Below, piece after piece: positions 16,516 to 27,273 of a stretch of DNA of 64,000 bases (its first letter is position 1; each line of letters begins with the position of its first letter). Both the position numbers and the translations under genes were made by a program. The notes below the pieces were generated by a model, which was not told where the DNA came from, made no database searches, and saw only the letters and a list, made by a program, of their open reading frames with translations. This DNA is from a virus. The stretch lies in the IMG/VR virus record IMGVR_UViG_3300016476_000893, positions 2,211 to 66,210 of that record, one strand, 5' to 3'.

Positions 16516-19275
16516 ATGAACGATTATTACTGGCTCAATGAAAATAGCAGGCTCTTTTTAAGTAGAGGTTATTTGTCTTCAGGAATGACACCAGAAGCTA
16601 GAATAAAAGAAATAGCTCAAAATGCTGAGAATATACTTTCAATAAAAGGTTTTGCTGAAAAATTTGAGAGATATATGGCAAAGGGTTTTTACTCTTTGTC
16701 AACTCCTGTGTGGTCTAATTTTGGAAATTCAAAAGGTCTTCCAGTTAGTTGTTTTGGTTCGTACATATCTGACAATATGGAGTCGATATTGTCAACAGTC
16801 TCTGAGGTCGGAATGATGTCAAAGATGGGCGGAGGAACTTCCGCCTATTTTGGAGATCTGCGACACAGGGGATCTATCATAGGTAAAGAATCCGAAAAAC
16901 GAGGCGAGTCTAGTGGCCCAGTGCATTTCATGGAGCTGTTTGACAAAGTTTCTGCTGTTGTGAGTCAAGGATCTACTCGCAGAGGGGCATTCGCAGCATA
17001 TTTGCCAATAGAACATAAAGACGCGGAAAGCTTCCTAAAAATACAAGCAAAAGGCAACCCAATACAAGACATGTCTTTCGGAGTTACAATAACTGATGAA
17101 TTCATGAACTCAATAATAAACGGTCATGAAGAAAATAGAAAATTGTGGGCCTCCATAATAAGAAAAAGATATGAAACTGGGTATCCATACATATTCTTCA
17201 CAGACACAGTAAATAAAAACGCTCCGCAGGTTTATAAAGACAAGAACTTAAAGATAAATGCGTCAAACCTTTGTGTCACTGGAGATCAAAGAGTTCCGTC
17301 TAATTATGGAATGTTGACAGCTAAGGAGCTTTATGAAATTGGCACAGAGTTAAATCTGTTTGATAATGATAAAATAGTAAAATCTTCTCCAATGAGATTA
17401 GTCGAAAAAGACGCTGATGTGTTTAAGATTACATTGGAAAATGGTATGACGCACACAATTACGTCATACCATAAAGTTTCTGTGTTTAATAAAACGTCTA
17501 AAGTAACAGAAGACATTGCTTGCAAAGATTTAAAAATTGGCGACTCCGTAGCTGTACAAACTAACAAGGGTATTTTTGGCGATAAAAATATGCCAAAGGA
17601 AGCCTTTCTACTTGGACTGTATCAAGCTGATGGAACACAATACAAAGATATTATAATGCTTGATTTGTGGCAGAACGATTTTGATCTTCTAGAAGAAGTG
17701 CAGTCGTACCACGATTATGTTTGCGATAAGTATAAAACTCAGGTTTCAACTTACAATGGAAGAACTTATGATAATCCTAAATTCCATGACTGTGTGGTGC
17801 AGGACGGGTCGCACTTGAAAAAGAGACTGGCTTCAAACGCTCTTAAAAAATCATTAAATTTTGAAAAGGGGTATGTTCCAGAATGGGTATGGTGCTCTGA
17901 TGAAGAAACTCAATGGCAGTACATTAGAGGTCTTTACTTTGCTGATGGAACGGCGTTTAAATCAACGTCTGGCGGTGAACCTATACAAATAGCATTAGCG
18001 TCTATTGACAGAGAATTTCTAAAAGAAATACAGCTAATTTTAGCAAATCTTGGAATGCAATCATCAATAAGAGTTCTAAGAAAAGAAGGTAAAAATTTAT
18101 TACCTAATGGTAGTGGTGGGTATTCATATTTTGATTCAAAAGAATGCTATCGACTTATTATTGGCAACAAAAACGACGCCATAATTTTTGAAAAGAACAC
18201 TGGGTTTTTAAGTAGAAAAAATGTTGACATAGACGATAGATTATATAGAGATAATACAAAGAAATTTTATAAAATCTCTTCTATAGAATATGTTGGCAAA
18301 GAAGATGTTTATTGTTGTACAGTCGAATCAGAAAATCATCATTGGATTTGCAACGGTGTTATTACACACAATTGCTCTGAAATAATGCTGTCTTCTGATA
18401 AAGATAACTCGTTTGTTTGTGTACTATCGTCTTTAAACTTAGTCCATTGGGACGAAATTATAAAGACCGATGCTATTGAAACAATGATCTACTTTTTAGA
18501 TGCTGTAAATGAAGAGTTCATACAGAAGGCAGAATCTATACCGTTCATGAGCAAGGCTTGTAATTTCGCTAGAAGTCAAAGAGCGCTCGGTATGGGCGTT
18601 TTAGGATGGCATAGTCTGTTACAATCGAAGATGATACCATTCGAGTCAATGAAAGCTAAATATTTAAATATTGAAATATGGGCCAATATTAGAAACAGAG
18701 CGGATTTAGCTACAAAATCATTGGCAAATAAATTTGGCGAGCCAGAGTTGTTAAAGGGTTATGGCATTCGTAATGTTACCACGTTAGCTGTAGCACCAAC
18801 AACATCAAGCTCATTTATATTGGGTCAAGTGAGTCAGTCAATAGAGCCTTTAAATTCTAATTATTTTGTTAACGCCTCTGCTAAAGGAAAGTTTCCATAT
18901 AAAAATGAATATTTAAAAAATCTTTTGTCGTCATATGGAAAAGATGATGATGCCACTTGGGATAGTATACTGATTAAGAGTGGGTCTGTTCAACATCTAG
19001 ACTTCTTAACTTCTGATGAAAAGATGGTGTTTAAGACCTTTAAAGAAATCTCTCAGCTTGAAATAATTATTCAAGCAGCTAATAGACAAAAGTATATAGA
19101 TCAAGCTCAGTCGCTAAATATTAACATACCTCCATCAGCACCTCCAAAAGATGTGAGCGAACTGCTTATAAACGGATGGAAGATGGGGATAAAAACATTC
19201 TATTACCAAAGAAGCGAAAATCCAGCACAAGAATTAGTAAGAAGTATATTAACATGTTCTTCATGTGAATCATAA
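16516..19275 (+). CDS. nrdA: ribonucleotide reductase class I alpha subunit with intein (no ATP cone)
   Basis: PVSCF, QGSTRRGA, ASNL-[intein]-CSEI, VAPTTSSS, KTFYY, C-terminal CSSCES; the N-terminus starts directly at the catalytic domain. Confidence 0.96.
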   Translation: MNDYYWLNENSRLFLSRGYLSSGMTPEARIKEIAQNAENILSIKGFAEKFERYMAKGFYSLSTPVWSNFGNSKGLPVSCFGSYISDNMESILSTVSEVGMMSKMGGGTSAYFGDLRHRGSIIGKESEKRGESSGPVHFMELFDKVSAVVSQGSTRRGAFAAYLPIEHKDAESFLKIQAKGNPIQDMSFGVTITDEFMNSIINGHEENRKLWASIIRKRYETGYPYIFFTDTVNKNAPQVYKDKNLKINASNLCVTGDQRVPSNYGMLTAKELYEIGTELNLFDNDKIVKSSPMRLVEKDADVFKITLENGMTHTITSYHKVSVFNKTSKVTEDIACKDLKIGDSVAVQTNKGIFGDKNMPKEAFLLGLYQADGTQYKDIIMLDLWQNDFDLLEEVQSYHDYVCDKYKTQVSTYNGRTYDNPKFHDCVVQDGSHLKKRLASNALKKSLNFEKGYVPEWVWCSDEETQWQYIRGLYFADGTAFKSTSGGEPIQIALASIDREFLKEIQLILANLGMQSSIRVLRKEGKNLLPNGSGGYSYFDSKECYRLIIGNKNDAIIFEKNTGFLSRKNVDIDDRLYRDNTKKFYKISSIEYVGKEDVYCCTVESENHHWICNGVITHNCSEIMLSSDKDNSFVCVLSSLNLVHWDEIIKTDAIETMIYFLDAVNEEFIQKAESIPFMSKACNFARSQRALGMGVLGWHSLLQSKMIPFESMKAKYLNIEIWANIRNRADLATKSLANKFGEPELLKGYGIRNVTTLAVAPTTSSSFILGQVSQSIEPLNSNYFVNASAKGKFPYKNEYLKNLLSSYGKDDDATWDSILIKSGSVQHLDFLTSDEKMVFKTFKEISQLEIIIQAANRQKYIDQAQSLNINIPPSAPPKDVSELLINGWKMGIKTFYYQRSENPAQELVRSILTCSSCES
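17272..18372 (+). mobile_element. intein (367 aa) with LAGLIDADG homing endonuclease in nrdA
   Basis: CVTGDQRV start, TITSYHKV block B, LLGLYQADG and IRGLYFADG, EDVYC, NGVITHN end, then Cys+1 of CSEI. Confidence 0.94.
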
Positions 19276-19289
19276 ATGAAAGAAAAAAA

Positions 19290-20012
19290 ATGCCTAGAAG
19301 AAAACCAAAACAAAGTTCTTCAAGATCACAGTTTAAGCCTAGGGTGCCAAAAAGTGAGAACAAGCATAATTTTCAAAAAACCGAGAGGTATGTAAAACAG
19401 GTTGAGGGCAAGACTGATAACCAAAAAGACTATATTTACGCGATAATGGATTCAGAGATTGTCTTTTGCACTGGTCCAGCAGGTTGTGGTAAAAGCTATA
19501 TAGCTGCTGGAATGGCTGCGAAGTATTTGTTTGACAAAGAGTATGATCAAATCATAGTGACTAGACCTCTTGTATGCACCGGAAAAGACGTAGGTTCTTT
19601 ACCAGGCGAACTCGCTGAAAAAATAAACCCTTATCTAACACCAATGCAAGAAAATTTAAAACACTTCCTAGGAAGTGACTATTATGGATTGTTCATAAAT
19701 GAAAGAAAGATCAGATTTGAACCATTAGAAATGATGCGTGGAGCAACATTCAATAACTCAATAATGATTCTAGATGAAGCACAAAACTGTACTTTAGAAC
19801 AAATTAAAATGTTTGTCACAAGAATTGGTAAAAACTCAAAGGTTCTTATCAACGGAGATATAAAACAGTCAGACATTAAAGGAAAAAGTGGTCTAGAAAC
19901 CTGTATTAATAAGATATCGTCTATAAGTGAAATCGCTGTATGCAGACTTACATATGATGATATACAAAGGAATGACTTAATTTATAAATTCATAAGAGCT
20001 ATTGAGGAGTAA
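19290..20012 (+). CDS. phoH: PhoH-family ATPase
   Basis: GPAGCGKS, IVTRP, PLEMMRGATF, ILDEAQN, NGDIKQSD. Confidence 0.95.
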   Translation: MPRRKPKQSSSRSQFKPRVPKSENKHNFQKTERYVKQVEGKTDNQKDYIYAIMDSEIVFCTGPAGCGKSYIAAGMAAKYLFDKEYDQIIVTRPLVCTGKDVGSLPGELAEKINPYLTPMQENLKHFLGSDYYGLFINERKIRFEPLEMMRGATFNNSIMILDEAQNCTLEQIKMFVTRIGKNSKVLINGDIKQSDIKGKSGLETCINKISSISEIAVCRLTYDDIQRNDLIYKFIRAIEE

Positions 20013-20013
20013 T

Positions 20014-20355
20014 ATGGTTTATACTTACAGATGCTATGACTGTGATTATCAGTTCGATGAAAATCAGTCTGCAACAGACAAGCCTCTTAAAAAATGTCCT
20101 TGCTGCAAGCATCTCTCTATAGAGAGAGTAATATACGCGCCTATGGTTTTTACGAAGAGGGAAGCCACAACTATTGGCCAGTTGGCCGATAGAAACGCTA
20201 AAAAGCTTGGTAAGGGCGAGGTCTCTGAAAGGGACGCTAAGAAAAAAGAGCAGTCTGCCAAACCTCTAAACGAGGCAAGAAAAGAACTGAGTAGAACAAT
20301 TTCAAAGATGACAGAAAATCAAAAACAAAGGTTCATAGAAGATGGAAAGTATTAA
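20014..20355 (+). CDS. FmdB-like zinc-ribbon protein
   Basis: YTYRCYDC..FD..QS..DKPLKKCPCC; GAGGAG RBS before ATG 20014. Confidence 0.8.
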   Translation: MVYTYRCYDCDYQFDENQSATDKPLKKCPCCKHLSIERVIYAPMVFTKREATTIGQLADRNAKKLGKGEVSERDAKKKEQSAKPLNEARKELSRTISKMTENQKQRFIEDGKY

Positions 20356-20668
20356 CTTTATTTCTAATACAGACGATATTGTTGACAACTCTGGCAAGTA
20401 TTCATTTTTTAATGAAAATGGAGAAAGTGTTGACAGCAAGGATGTTTCGTATGCATATATCATAACATATCCTAGACGATCACCCAAGTATTTTATATAC
20501 TCTGATAGAGACGGGATTGTTAATCCACATTCAAAATCTCCTACTATAAATAGATCTAAATTTATATCAACAAAGGTGACAGAGGAATGTTTTAATGCTT
20601 ATTTACAATTTTTAAAGACGGCAAATAGTGGATTTTTGCTTCTAGCTCGGAGGAAAATTAATGGCTGA
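20342..20668 (+). CDS. hypothetical protein
   Basis: 108-aa ORF coupled to its neighbours. Confidence 0.6.
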   Translation: MESINFISNTDDIVDNSGKYSFFNENGESVDSKDVSYAYIITYPRRSPKYFIYSDRDGIVNPHSKSPTINRSKFISTKVTEECFNAYLQFLKTANSGFLLLARRKING

Positions 20669-21017
20669 GAAAAAGACGAGATTAACTAAGGTTGAAAAAT
20701 TCTATATAGAAAATAATATGGAAACGATGTCTGTTGAAGACCTATCTAAAGACATTAGGTGTGGAAAAACTTTAGTTCAAAAACAGATAGATTTGCTTAA
20801 ATCAAAAAACCACCAAAAACAAATAACGATGCCAGCTAAAGCTGAAGATGTTGTGTCTAGCTCCATGCCAAAAGCTGGAGACTTTATGATAAGAAACAAG
20901 AGATATGGTGTCACTGTAATGACTAGGCAGTCCGCTGAAATTTCAGACGAGAATAGAAAAAATGTCAAAAAAACAAACACAAGCAGAGAGTACATCCACA
21001 AAACAAAACAACTATAA
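20661..21017 (+). CDS. hypothetical protein with N-terminal HTH-like segment
   Basis: MSVEDLSKDIRCGKTLVQKQI; GGAGG RBS. Confidence 0.6.
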   Translation: MAEKKTRLTKVEKFYIENNMETMSVEDLSKDIRCGKTLVQKQIDLLKSKNHQKQITMPAKAEDVVSSSMPKAGDFMIRNKRYGVTVMTRQSAEISDENRKNVKKTNTSREYIHKTKQL

Positions 21018-21393
21018 GTCTAAGTTTAAAGAAGGTTATGTTACAGAGGCTGCTTATATAACAGAGCTTATCTTTGAAAAAAGATGCGAGATATTCAATA
21101 AAGGCCGATGCCCAGAAAGCTTTTGGAATTCTGATTCATACAAAAAACAATTTACAGGTCAGATTATTCAGGCAAACAAGCTTCTAAAAAAATACTCTGG
21201 AATATCAATAATATCTGCTATAAATAGCAGTAAGTCAAAAGGTGTAATAAAATTACAAGACAAAAGACTTATTCCAATAATTGAAGAGTTTGAAAAGAAT
21301 AAAAAAGACAAAGAAATAACCATATCTGAATCTAATATAGTGCAGCCTTCAAAACCTTTTGGAACAAAGAAAAATTTACTGAGGGATTTATGA
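20962..21393 (+). CDS. hypothetical protein
   Basis: 143 aa; true start uncertain (56-nt overlap with the upstream ORF). Confidence 0.6.
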   Translation: MSKKQTQAESTSTKQNNYKSKFKEGYVTEAAYITELIFEKRCEIFNKGRCPESFWNSDSYKKQFTGQIIQANKLLKKYSGISIISAINSSKSKGVIKLQDKRLIPIIEEFEKNKKDKEITISESNIVQPSKPFGTKKNLLRDL

Positions 21394-22424
21394 GCGAAGA
21401 TAAAAAGAAGAAGGTTGATTTAAGTTCTAGGAAAGCGATTGAAAAAGAGTTTGGGAAAGTAATATCAAAGGGTAGAGAGCTTGTATCTAGTAAGAAAAAG
21501 TTAAAACATCTTAGTGTAAGTCCAAGCCTAGATTTAGCTTTAAATGGCGGGATATTAGAAGGTTCTTGGAACATCATAAGTGGAGATCCTAAGACTGGTA
21601 AAAGTACCACTTGTCTACAGATATGCAAAAACGCAATAGACGAGGGTAGGCCGGTAATCTACATTGATGGAGAGTCTCGTCTAAAGGAATACAATCTCGT
21701 TGGTATAGAAGGTCTTGATCTAGATAAAATAGACGTTGTGCAAACGCCAGAAAACGGCGATCCGCTGTCTGCTGAAGACTTTCTAAAGATATGCGAGTCG
21801 CTAATCAAGCTTCCAGAAAATAAAGGTGCTGTATGTGTCATAGACTCGTGCTCGTCTTTAGTTCCAAGGTCAGAGCTTGACGAAGACCCCTCAGCAACGC
21901 TAAGAGCTAGTTTGCCAAAGTTGTTGTCGCACTGGATCAAGAAAAATGCCCAAACTGTTGTAAAAAACAATATCATAATGTTGATTATAACCCATTACAT
22001 CACTAACACAAGCGGTTATGGAAAAGTCAAGATTCCAGACTGCGGAGTGATGGTTCAGTATCAAGCTGATGGAAGAATTGACATAGCGAAAATAGAACCT
22101 TGGATAGAAGACGGAAAAAAGATTGGACAAGCCGTGCATTGGAAGGTATCATGTTCGTCAATGGGTGCTTCAGGCACCGAATGCATAAGTTATATCAAGT
22201 TTGGCAAAGGGATTGATAAAAGCAAAGAGTTAATAGAGCTTGCAACTTCTCTATCAATCATAGAAAAGGGAGGTGCTTGGTATTCACTAGATTTCTTGGC
22301 TGGAACAAAAGAATTTACAGAAGCACCAAAATTCCAAGGTCAGGCAAAACTTTATGCGTTTTTAGAAGAGAGAAAAGATATCTTTGATATAGTTGAAAGT
22401 AAAGTTAAAGAGATGCTGGCATGA
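21390..22424 (+). CDS. recA: RecA/UvsX-like recombinase
   Basis: SPSLDLALNGG, Walker A GDPKTGKST, Walker B CVIDS, KGGAWYS, KFQG. Confidence 0.92.
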   Translation: MSEDKKKKVDLSSRKAIEKEFGKVISKGRELVSSKKKLKHLSVSPSLDLALNGGILEGSWNIISGDPKTGKSTTCLQICKNAIDEGRPVIYIDGESRLKEYNLVGIEGLDLDKIDVVQTPENGDPLSAEDFLKICESLIKLPENKGAVCVIDSCSSLVPRSELDEDPSATLRASLPKLLSHWIKKNAQTVVKNNIIMLIITHYITNTSGYGKVKIPDCGVMVQYQADGRIDIAKIEPWIEDGKKIGQAVHWKVSCSSMGASGTECISYIKFGKGIDKSKELIELATSLSIIEKGGAWYSLDFLAGTKEFTEAPKFQGQAKLYAFLEERKDIFDIVESKVKEMLA

Positions 22425-22840
22425 ATGTTATTGGTTTTGATGGTAAAAATCACAAGTTCAATTTTTCAAAAAATAGAGCAAGAAAAAACAGGCAAAACAA
22501 ATCGTCATATCATAAAAAGGCTTTAGAGCTTATAAAAGAATTATTTTCTATATATTCTGTGTACGAAGAAGCCACTTTACCTGGATCAAAAAAGCTTGGA
22601 AGAAAGAGTCTGCTTTATGCAGACTTTTTTATTCCAGATAAAATGCTTATAATAGAAGTGCATGGAGAACAGCACTACAAATATTGCCCAGTCTTTCATA
22701 AAGACAAGATGGCTTATTATAAATCTTTAGCAAGAGATGTTGATAAAAAAGAGTGGTGTGATTTAAATTCTATTACTTTAAAAGTATTGAAATATAACGA
22801 GGTAGAAAAATGGAAATCGATTCTATTATCGGAGAGGTAA
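22421..22840 (+). CDS. Vsr/DUF559-like endonuclease
   Basis: LYADFFIPDKMLIIEVHGEQHY ... RDVDKKEWC. Confidence 0.75.
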   Translation: MNVIGFDGKNHKFNFSKNRARKNRQNKSSYHKKALELIKELFSIYSVYEEATLPGSKKLGRKSLLYADFFIPDKMLIIEVHGEQHYKYCPVFHKDKMAYYKSLARDVDKKEWCDLNSITLKVLKYNEVEKWKSILLSER

Positions 22841-23298
22841 CTTCTGTAAGAGAGTTCAACGAATGGATCGACTCTATATGCAAAGAAAACAATCTTCATT
22901 CGTCCAAATATGATGAAAAAGTAAAGTCAATAATTGATCATTCATACGATGAAATATTAGCTTTATCTTCTGAGGAGTGTTTCGCTTGTTCAATAACATT
23001 GATGAACTATGCAACTTATTTACAATCTATGTGCGACAGAATAAATTCTGTTCTATCATACTCAAACGCTCTTTTAGATAGAGAGCTTTCAAAGGTATGG
23101 ACTAATTACGACAAGTATATACCGGCAGAAGTAAAAAGGCAAATGATTGTAAAAGATAATAGCTATATGACCTTACTGGAAAAATGTAGATTGAGACTGA
23201 GTGCTGTAGAGTCAACAATGTCAGAGTCGTGTAAAGACATTAAAAGAAAGGTGAGTCTATATCAAGACTTTGCAAAGAAAAGAGGATTTAACCAATGA
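22810..23298 (+). CDS. helical hypothetical protein (possible recombination mediator)
   Basis: 162 aa, helical/coiled-coil character, two genes downstream of recA; function is a positional guess. Confidence 0.55.
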   Translation: MEIDSIIGEVTSVREFNEWIDSICKENNLHSSKYDEKVKSIIDHSYDEILALSSEECFACSITLMNYATYLQSMCDRINSVLSYSNALLDRELSKVWTNYDKYIPAEVKRQMIVKDNSYMTLLEKCRLRLSAVESTMSESCKDIKRKVSLYQDFAKKRGFNQ

Positions 23299-23873
23299 GT
23301 AAAACACAGCAAACAATGACGTTATCAAAAACTTTATCTAAAGTAAAGAGGTTTCTGTATGAAGGTTTAAAAAATGAGGATTGGAGTAAAGTATATAATG
23401 CGACCAACCTTATGTTTGGAAACAACGTTGAAGTCCCTGACGATAACGAGGTTGAATCTCTGCATGAGTTAAAGGCGGAAGTTGAAGCTTTGAGAACGAG
23501 GATTGAAAACATAGAAGGTCTTTTTAAATCAACAACACCTTCCGCGATTAGCCCTTATGAATCTGTAATATCGCCTTTATCAGAACGACCTATTAAATCA
23601 GAAGATGCCTACGACTTCACAGTAAAGAAAAAAAAAGAAGTTGAGACACAAAAAACTACGAATAAGTTTGAGTCAATAAATATTTCTGATAATGAAATAG
23701 AAGACGATCTATCATCTATAAATGACTCTGTAGAAAGAGTTCCTAGAAATAGGAGACCGTTCACTTTAGTAGATGTTACATGTGTAAACTGCAGCAAAAA
23801 ATTACAGGTTAAGAGTGTGTTAGCTAGAGAAAATTATGTTTGCGATAGGTGTATATCGAGAAGGATAGGCTGA
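23295..23873 (+). CDS. hypothetical protein with coiled coil and C-terminal Zn finger
   Basis: LHELKAEVEALRTRIENIE; CVNC...CDRC. Confidence 0.65.
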   Translation: MSKTQQTMTLSKTLSKVKRFLYEGLKNEDWSKVYNATNLMFGNNVEVPDDNEVESLHELKAEVEALRTRIENIEGLFKSTTPSAISPYESVISPLSERPIKSEDAYDFTVKKKKEVETQKTTNKFESINISDNEIEDDLSSINDSVERVPRNRRPFTLVDVTCVNCSKKLQVKSVLARENYVCDRCISRRIG

Positions 23874-25351
23874 TGTCTAAAGAAAGTTCGTTGTCGAATC
23901 CAGCTTCTGAAAGAGCTGTTTTAGCGGGTATTTGTCAGCACGGGGATGATGCTTGGGTGGATGTAGATTCTTTAATAGAAGAGTCTACATTCACCATTGA
24001 TATTAATAAGGTTTTGTATAAATGCATAAAACATTCTATTAAAAATAAAAACAAGATAGACTTTTCTACGATACTTTCTTCTGCTCAAAGTCTGTCTCTT
24101 GGTGAGTATGTAAACTCTAAAGACAATCTAAAGCATATAAACGGAATTCTGTCAACCCCAATAAAGATTGACAATATTAGGTCTCACGCCCAAAAGATTA
24201 GGCGTCTGCAGTTCGCTAGACAAATACAAAGCGAGCTTAGAGACATATATAGAAGTTTAGACGCAATATCTGGAGACGAAAGTTTAAACAGCATACTGTC
24301 AATTGCTGAAAAGCCGATTCAAGATATTTGCCTCTCATATATAAAAGAGGATGACTCGTCGCCAAAGAAACTCGGTGACTCGATTGAGGATTATATAAAT
24401 CATCTAATAAGCAATCCAAATAAAAGCCTTGGCATACCTAGTGGGTATCCATCGTATGACTCTGCTATTGGAGGGGGCTTCAGAAGAAAATGTGTAGACC
24501 TAATCTCGGCAAGACCAAAAGTTGGTAAAAGTTGTATTGCTGATAATATCGCTCTGCACATTTCTAAAAATCTGAACATTCCTGTTTTAATGTTAGACAC
24601 GGAAATGAGCACTGAAGATCACTGGAACAGAATTCTAGCGAATATCAGTGGCGTATCAATAAATCAAATCGCAAACGGATCATTCTATAATGATGAAAAT
24701 AAGGTTGTCGCGGTAAACAATGCTGTTGAAATTGTAAAGAAAATACCATATCACTATATTTCTATTGCTGGAAAACCTTTTGAAGAAACGCTGTCTATTG
24801 CTAGACGGTGGTTGTTAAAACACGTTGGCTACGATGAAAATGGCCGACTTAACGACTGTTTGATAATATACGACTATTTGAAGTTGATGACATCAGACAG
24901 TATAAATAATAATATGGCTGAGTTTCAAGTCCTTGGATTCCAAATAACAAATCTACACAACTTTTGCGTAGAGAACGATTGTCCATGCCTATCTTTTGTC
25001 CAGTTGAATAGAGATGGAATCACTAAAGAGTCAACTGACGCTGTTTCTGGTTCTGACAGGCTTATATGGCTATGTACAAGTTTTTCAATTTTCAAAAACA
25101 AAACAGACGAAGAGATAGCGACTGACGGCCCATCAAACGGTAATAAGAAGTTAATACCTATCGTAGCTAGACATGGACCAGGTATGGAAGATGGTGGATA
25201 CATCTGTTTAAGAATGGTCGGTGAAAACGCCAAAATAACAGAAATAGGCACTATAAGAGAGATTAAGAAGAATGAAAAAAATAGATCAAAAGCATTCCCA
25301 CCACCAGACGATTCATCAGGTGAGGATGAAGGCTATGGAGAAGATTTTTGA
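23873..25351 (+). CDS. dnaB: replicative DnaB-like helicase
   Basis: N-terminal SERAVLAGI domain, ARPKVGKS Walker A, DTEMS, IYDYLKL, FVQLNR, ARHG; ATG 23873 overlaps the upstream stop. Confidence 0.94.
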   Translation: MSKESSLSNPASERAVLAGICQHGDDAWVDVDSLIEESTFTIDINKVLYKCIKHSIKNKNKIDFSTILSSAQSLSLGEYVNSKDNLKHINGILSTPIKIDNIRSHAQKIRRLQFARQIQSELRDIYRSLDAISGDESLNSILSIAEKPIQDICLSYIKEDDSSPKKLGDSIEDYINHLISNPNKSLGIPSGYPSYDSAIGGGFRRKCVDLISARPKVGKSCIADNIALHISKNLNIPVLMLDTEMSTEDHWNRILANISGVSINQIANGSFYNDENKVVAVNNAVEIVKKIPYHYISIAGKPFEETLSIARRWLLKHVGYDENGRLNDCLIIYDYLKLMTSDSINNNMAEFQVLGFQITNLHNFCVENDCPCLSFVQLNRDGITKESTDAVSGSDRLIWLCTSFSIFKNKTDEEIATDGPSNGNKKLIPIVARHGPGMEDGGYICLRMVGENAKITEIGTIREIKKNEKNRSKAFPPPDDSSGEDEGYGEDF

Positions 25352-26321
25352 TTTTCTTGATTTTTTTGAAGTCGATGGTTATTCAGAGATCTCAGGTTTG
25401 CTTGTTGGCAACTGCCCAATACATGATGGCGACAATCAATCAGCTTGGAATATAAACGTCAACAAAGACTCAGAACATTATGGCATGTGGTTTTGCAACA
25501 CAAAGTTTTGTCATAAACAAAACGGTAGCGATGTAATATCACTTGTAAATACAATGCTTGACAAAAAGTTTAACAAGAAACACTCCTTTGTAGACGTTCT
25601 AAAATTTATAGAAAACTTCACAAAAGATGTCGTTGGCGTATTTACAAAATCTAACCAAGATAACTTTAACTCTATTATTGAGAAGAATAAAAAGGTTGCA
25701 TTTCACACAAAATTTACTAGAGATGATATCAGAAAAAGGCTTAAAATACCAGCTAGATATTATTTAACTAGAGAGCCGAGTTTTTCTTCTGAAACGCTTG
25801 ATCGTTTTGATGTTGGGTTGTGCGACGACGAAAGATCTGAAATGTTCAACAGGGTGGTTTTTCCAGTATACGACGAAACAAATACATATTTTGTTGGGTG
25901 TGTCGGAAGAACTGTTTCTGGAGACTCAATAAAATGGAAAAACAAGAAGGGATTCAATAAAGCAAACTATCTATACAACTATGGGTACGCAATAAAAGAA
26001 TCAAGCGATACCATAATTATAGTTGAAGGTCAAGGCGATGTTATGAGGTTGCATGAAGCGGGAATAAACAACGTTGTTGGTCTGTTTGGGTGTCACCTTA
26101 GCGACTCTCAGGAGTTTCTACTGCAAAGGACTGGTGCGTTAAATATTGTGATAATGACTGACAACGATCATGCTGGCAACGAGTGTAGAGTAGATATAAG
26201 AAATAAATTGAAACATTTTTATAATATATACGATATAGTTCCAACAAAAAAAGATGTTGGAGAAATGACAGTAGAAGAAATAAACAGAGATATAAAACCA
26301 AAATTAAAAGGATTAATATGA
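25272..26321 (+). CDS. dnaG: DNA primase (Zn finger + TOPRIM)
   Basis: CPIH.GDN...WFC..KFC zinc-binding domain, RVVFP, IVEGQGD, MTDNDHAG, KDVGE; probable start is ATG 25335. Confidence 0.92.
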   Translation: MKKIDQKHSHHQTIHQVRMKAMEKIFDFLDFFEVDGYSEISGLLVGNCPIHDGDNQSAWNINVNKDSEHYGMWFCNTKFCHKQNGSDVISLVNTMLDKKFNKKHSFVDVLKFIENFTKDVVGVFTKSNQDNFNSIIEKNKKVAFHTKFTRDDIRKRLKIPARYYLTREPSFSSETLDRFDVGLCDDERSEMFNRVVFPVYDETNTYFVGCVGRTVSGDSIKWKNKKGFNKANYLYNYGYAIKESSDTIIIVEGQGDVMRLHEAGINNVVGLFGCHLSDSQEFLLQRTGALNIVIMTDNDHAGNECRVDIRNKLKHFYNIYDIVPTKKDVGEMTVEEINRDIKPKLKGLI

Positions 26322-27256
26322 GCACAGTCATAGTTGCAATATCTGGTCGTAAACAAAGTGGAAAAACAACATTGTTAAATTTTATGCATGGTCACGAAAT
26401 GAAAAGGCATGAAGTTATTGACAAGTTCACGATATCTCCAGAAGGGAATTTAGTCGTAAACTGCATGTTTGAAGACGACAAGGGAAACGCTTTTGAAGAG
26501 ATGGGTGTTTTAGACTTATTTCAAGACACAGAAATGTTCTATGAATATGCAAGTAATAATATATGGCCGTTTATAAAAGCTTATAATTTTGCTGATTCAT
26601 TAAAAGAAATATGTGTTAATTTGTTTAACGTTCCGTATGAGTGTGTTTATGGAACAGACGAGCAAAAAAACACCACTATTCAACACTTATTGTGGGAAAA
26701 TATGCCTGGTGTTATTACGCCTAGTAAGTTCTCTGAATTAACAGAGGCGATTAGAAAGCCATTGAATGATGTTGAGTGTCATTGGACTATGCTTTTAGAT
26801 CCTGCTGGACCTAAAAATGGATTTTGGAGGTCGGCATTTGATAACGATGGCATTTTTGTTCATGAACCCGGACCAATGACTGCTCGTGAATTTATGCAAT
26901 TTCTAGGCACGGATATAATGAGAAAAATATACGAGCCTATCTGGGTAAACAATTGTTTAAACAGAATCAAGTCCGATTCTCCTCCAATAGCTGTAATTGG
27001 CGACTGTCGATTTGTCAACGAAATTGAGGCTGTTAAAAATGCTGGCGGTAAAGTTGTAAGGCTAACTAGAAATATTAGCAACAACAACCATCAAAGTGAA
27101 AAAGACGCCGATAATTATGAAGGTTTTGACTTAGTTATTGATAATTCTCAAATGACCATAGACGAGTCGTGTGAGCAGTTACTATCATATTTAGAAAAGA
27201 ACTCAATAACAAAGAGAATAAAAAAAATCGGAAGATTTGTAACAACCGCAAAGTAA
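26318..27256 (+). CDS. deoxynucleoside monophosphate kinase (T4 gp1-like)
   Basis: ISGRKQSGKTT, FADSLKE, REFMQFLGTD, DCRFVNE. Confidence 0.85.
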   Translation: MSTVIVAISGRKQSGKTTLLNFMHGHEMKRHEVIDKFTISPEGNLVVNCMFEDDKGNAFEEMGVLDLFQDTEMFYEYASNNIWPFIKAYNFADSLKEICVNLFNVPYECVYGTDEQKNTTIQHLLWENMPGVITPSKFSELTEAIRKPLNDVECHWTMLLDPAGPKNGFWRSAFDNDGIFVHEPGPMTAREFMQFLGTDIMRKIYEPIWVNNCLNRIKSDSPPIAVIGDCRFVNEIEAVKNAGGKVVRLTRNISNNNHQSEKDADNYEGFDLVIDNSQMTIDESCEQLLSYLEKNSITKRIKKIGRFVTTAK

Positions 27257-27273
27257 TTTTTAGAGACTAATTT

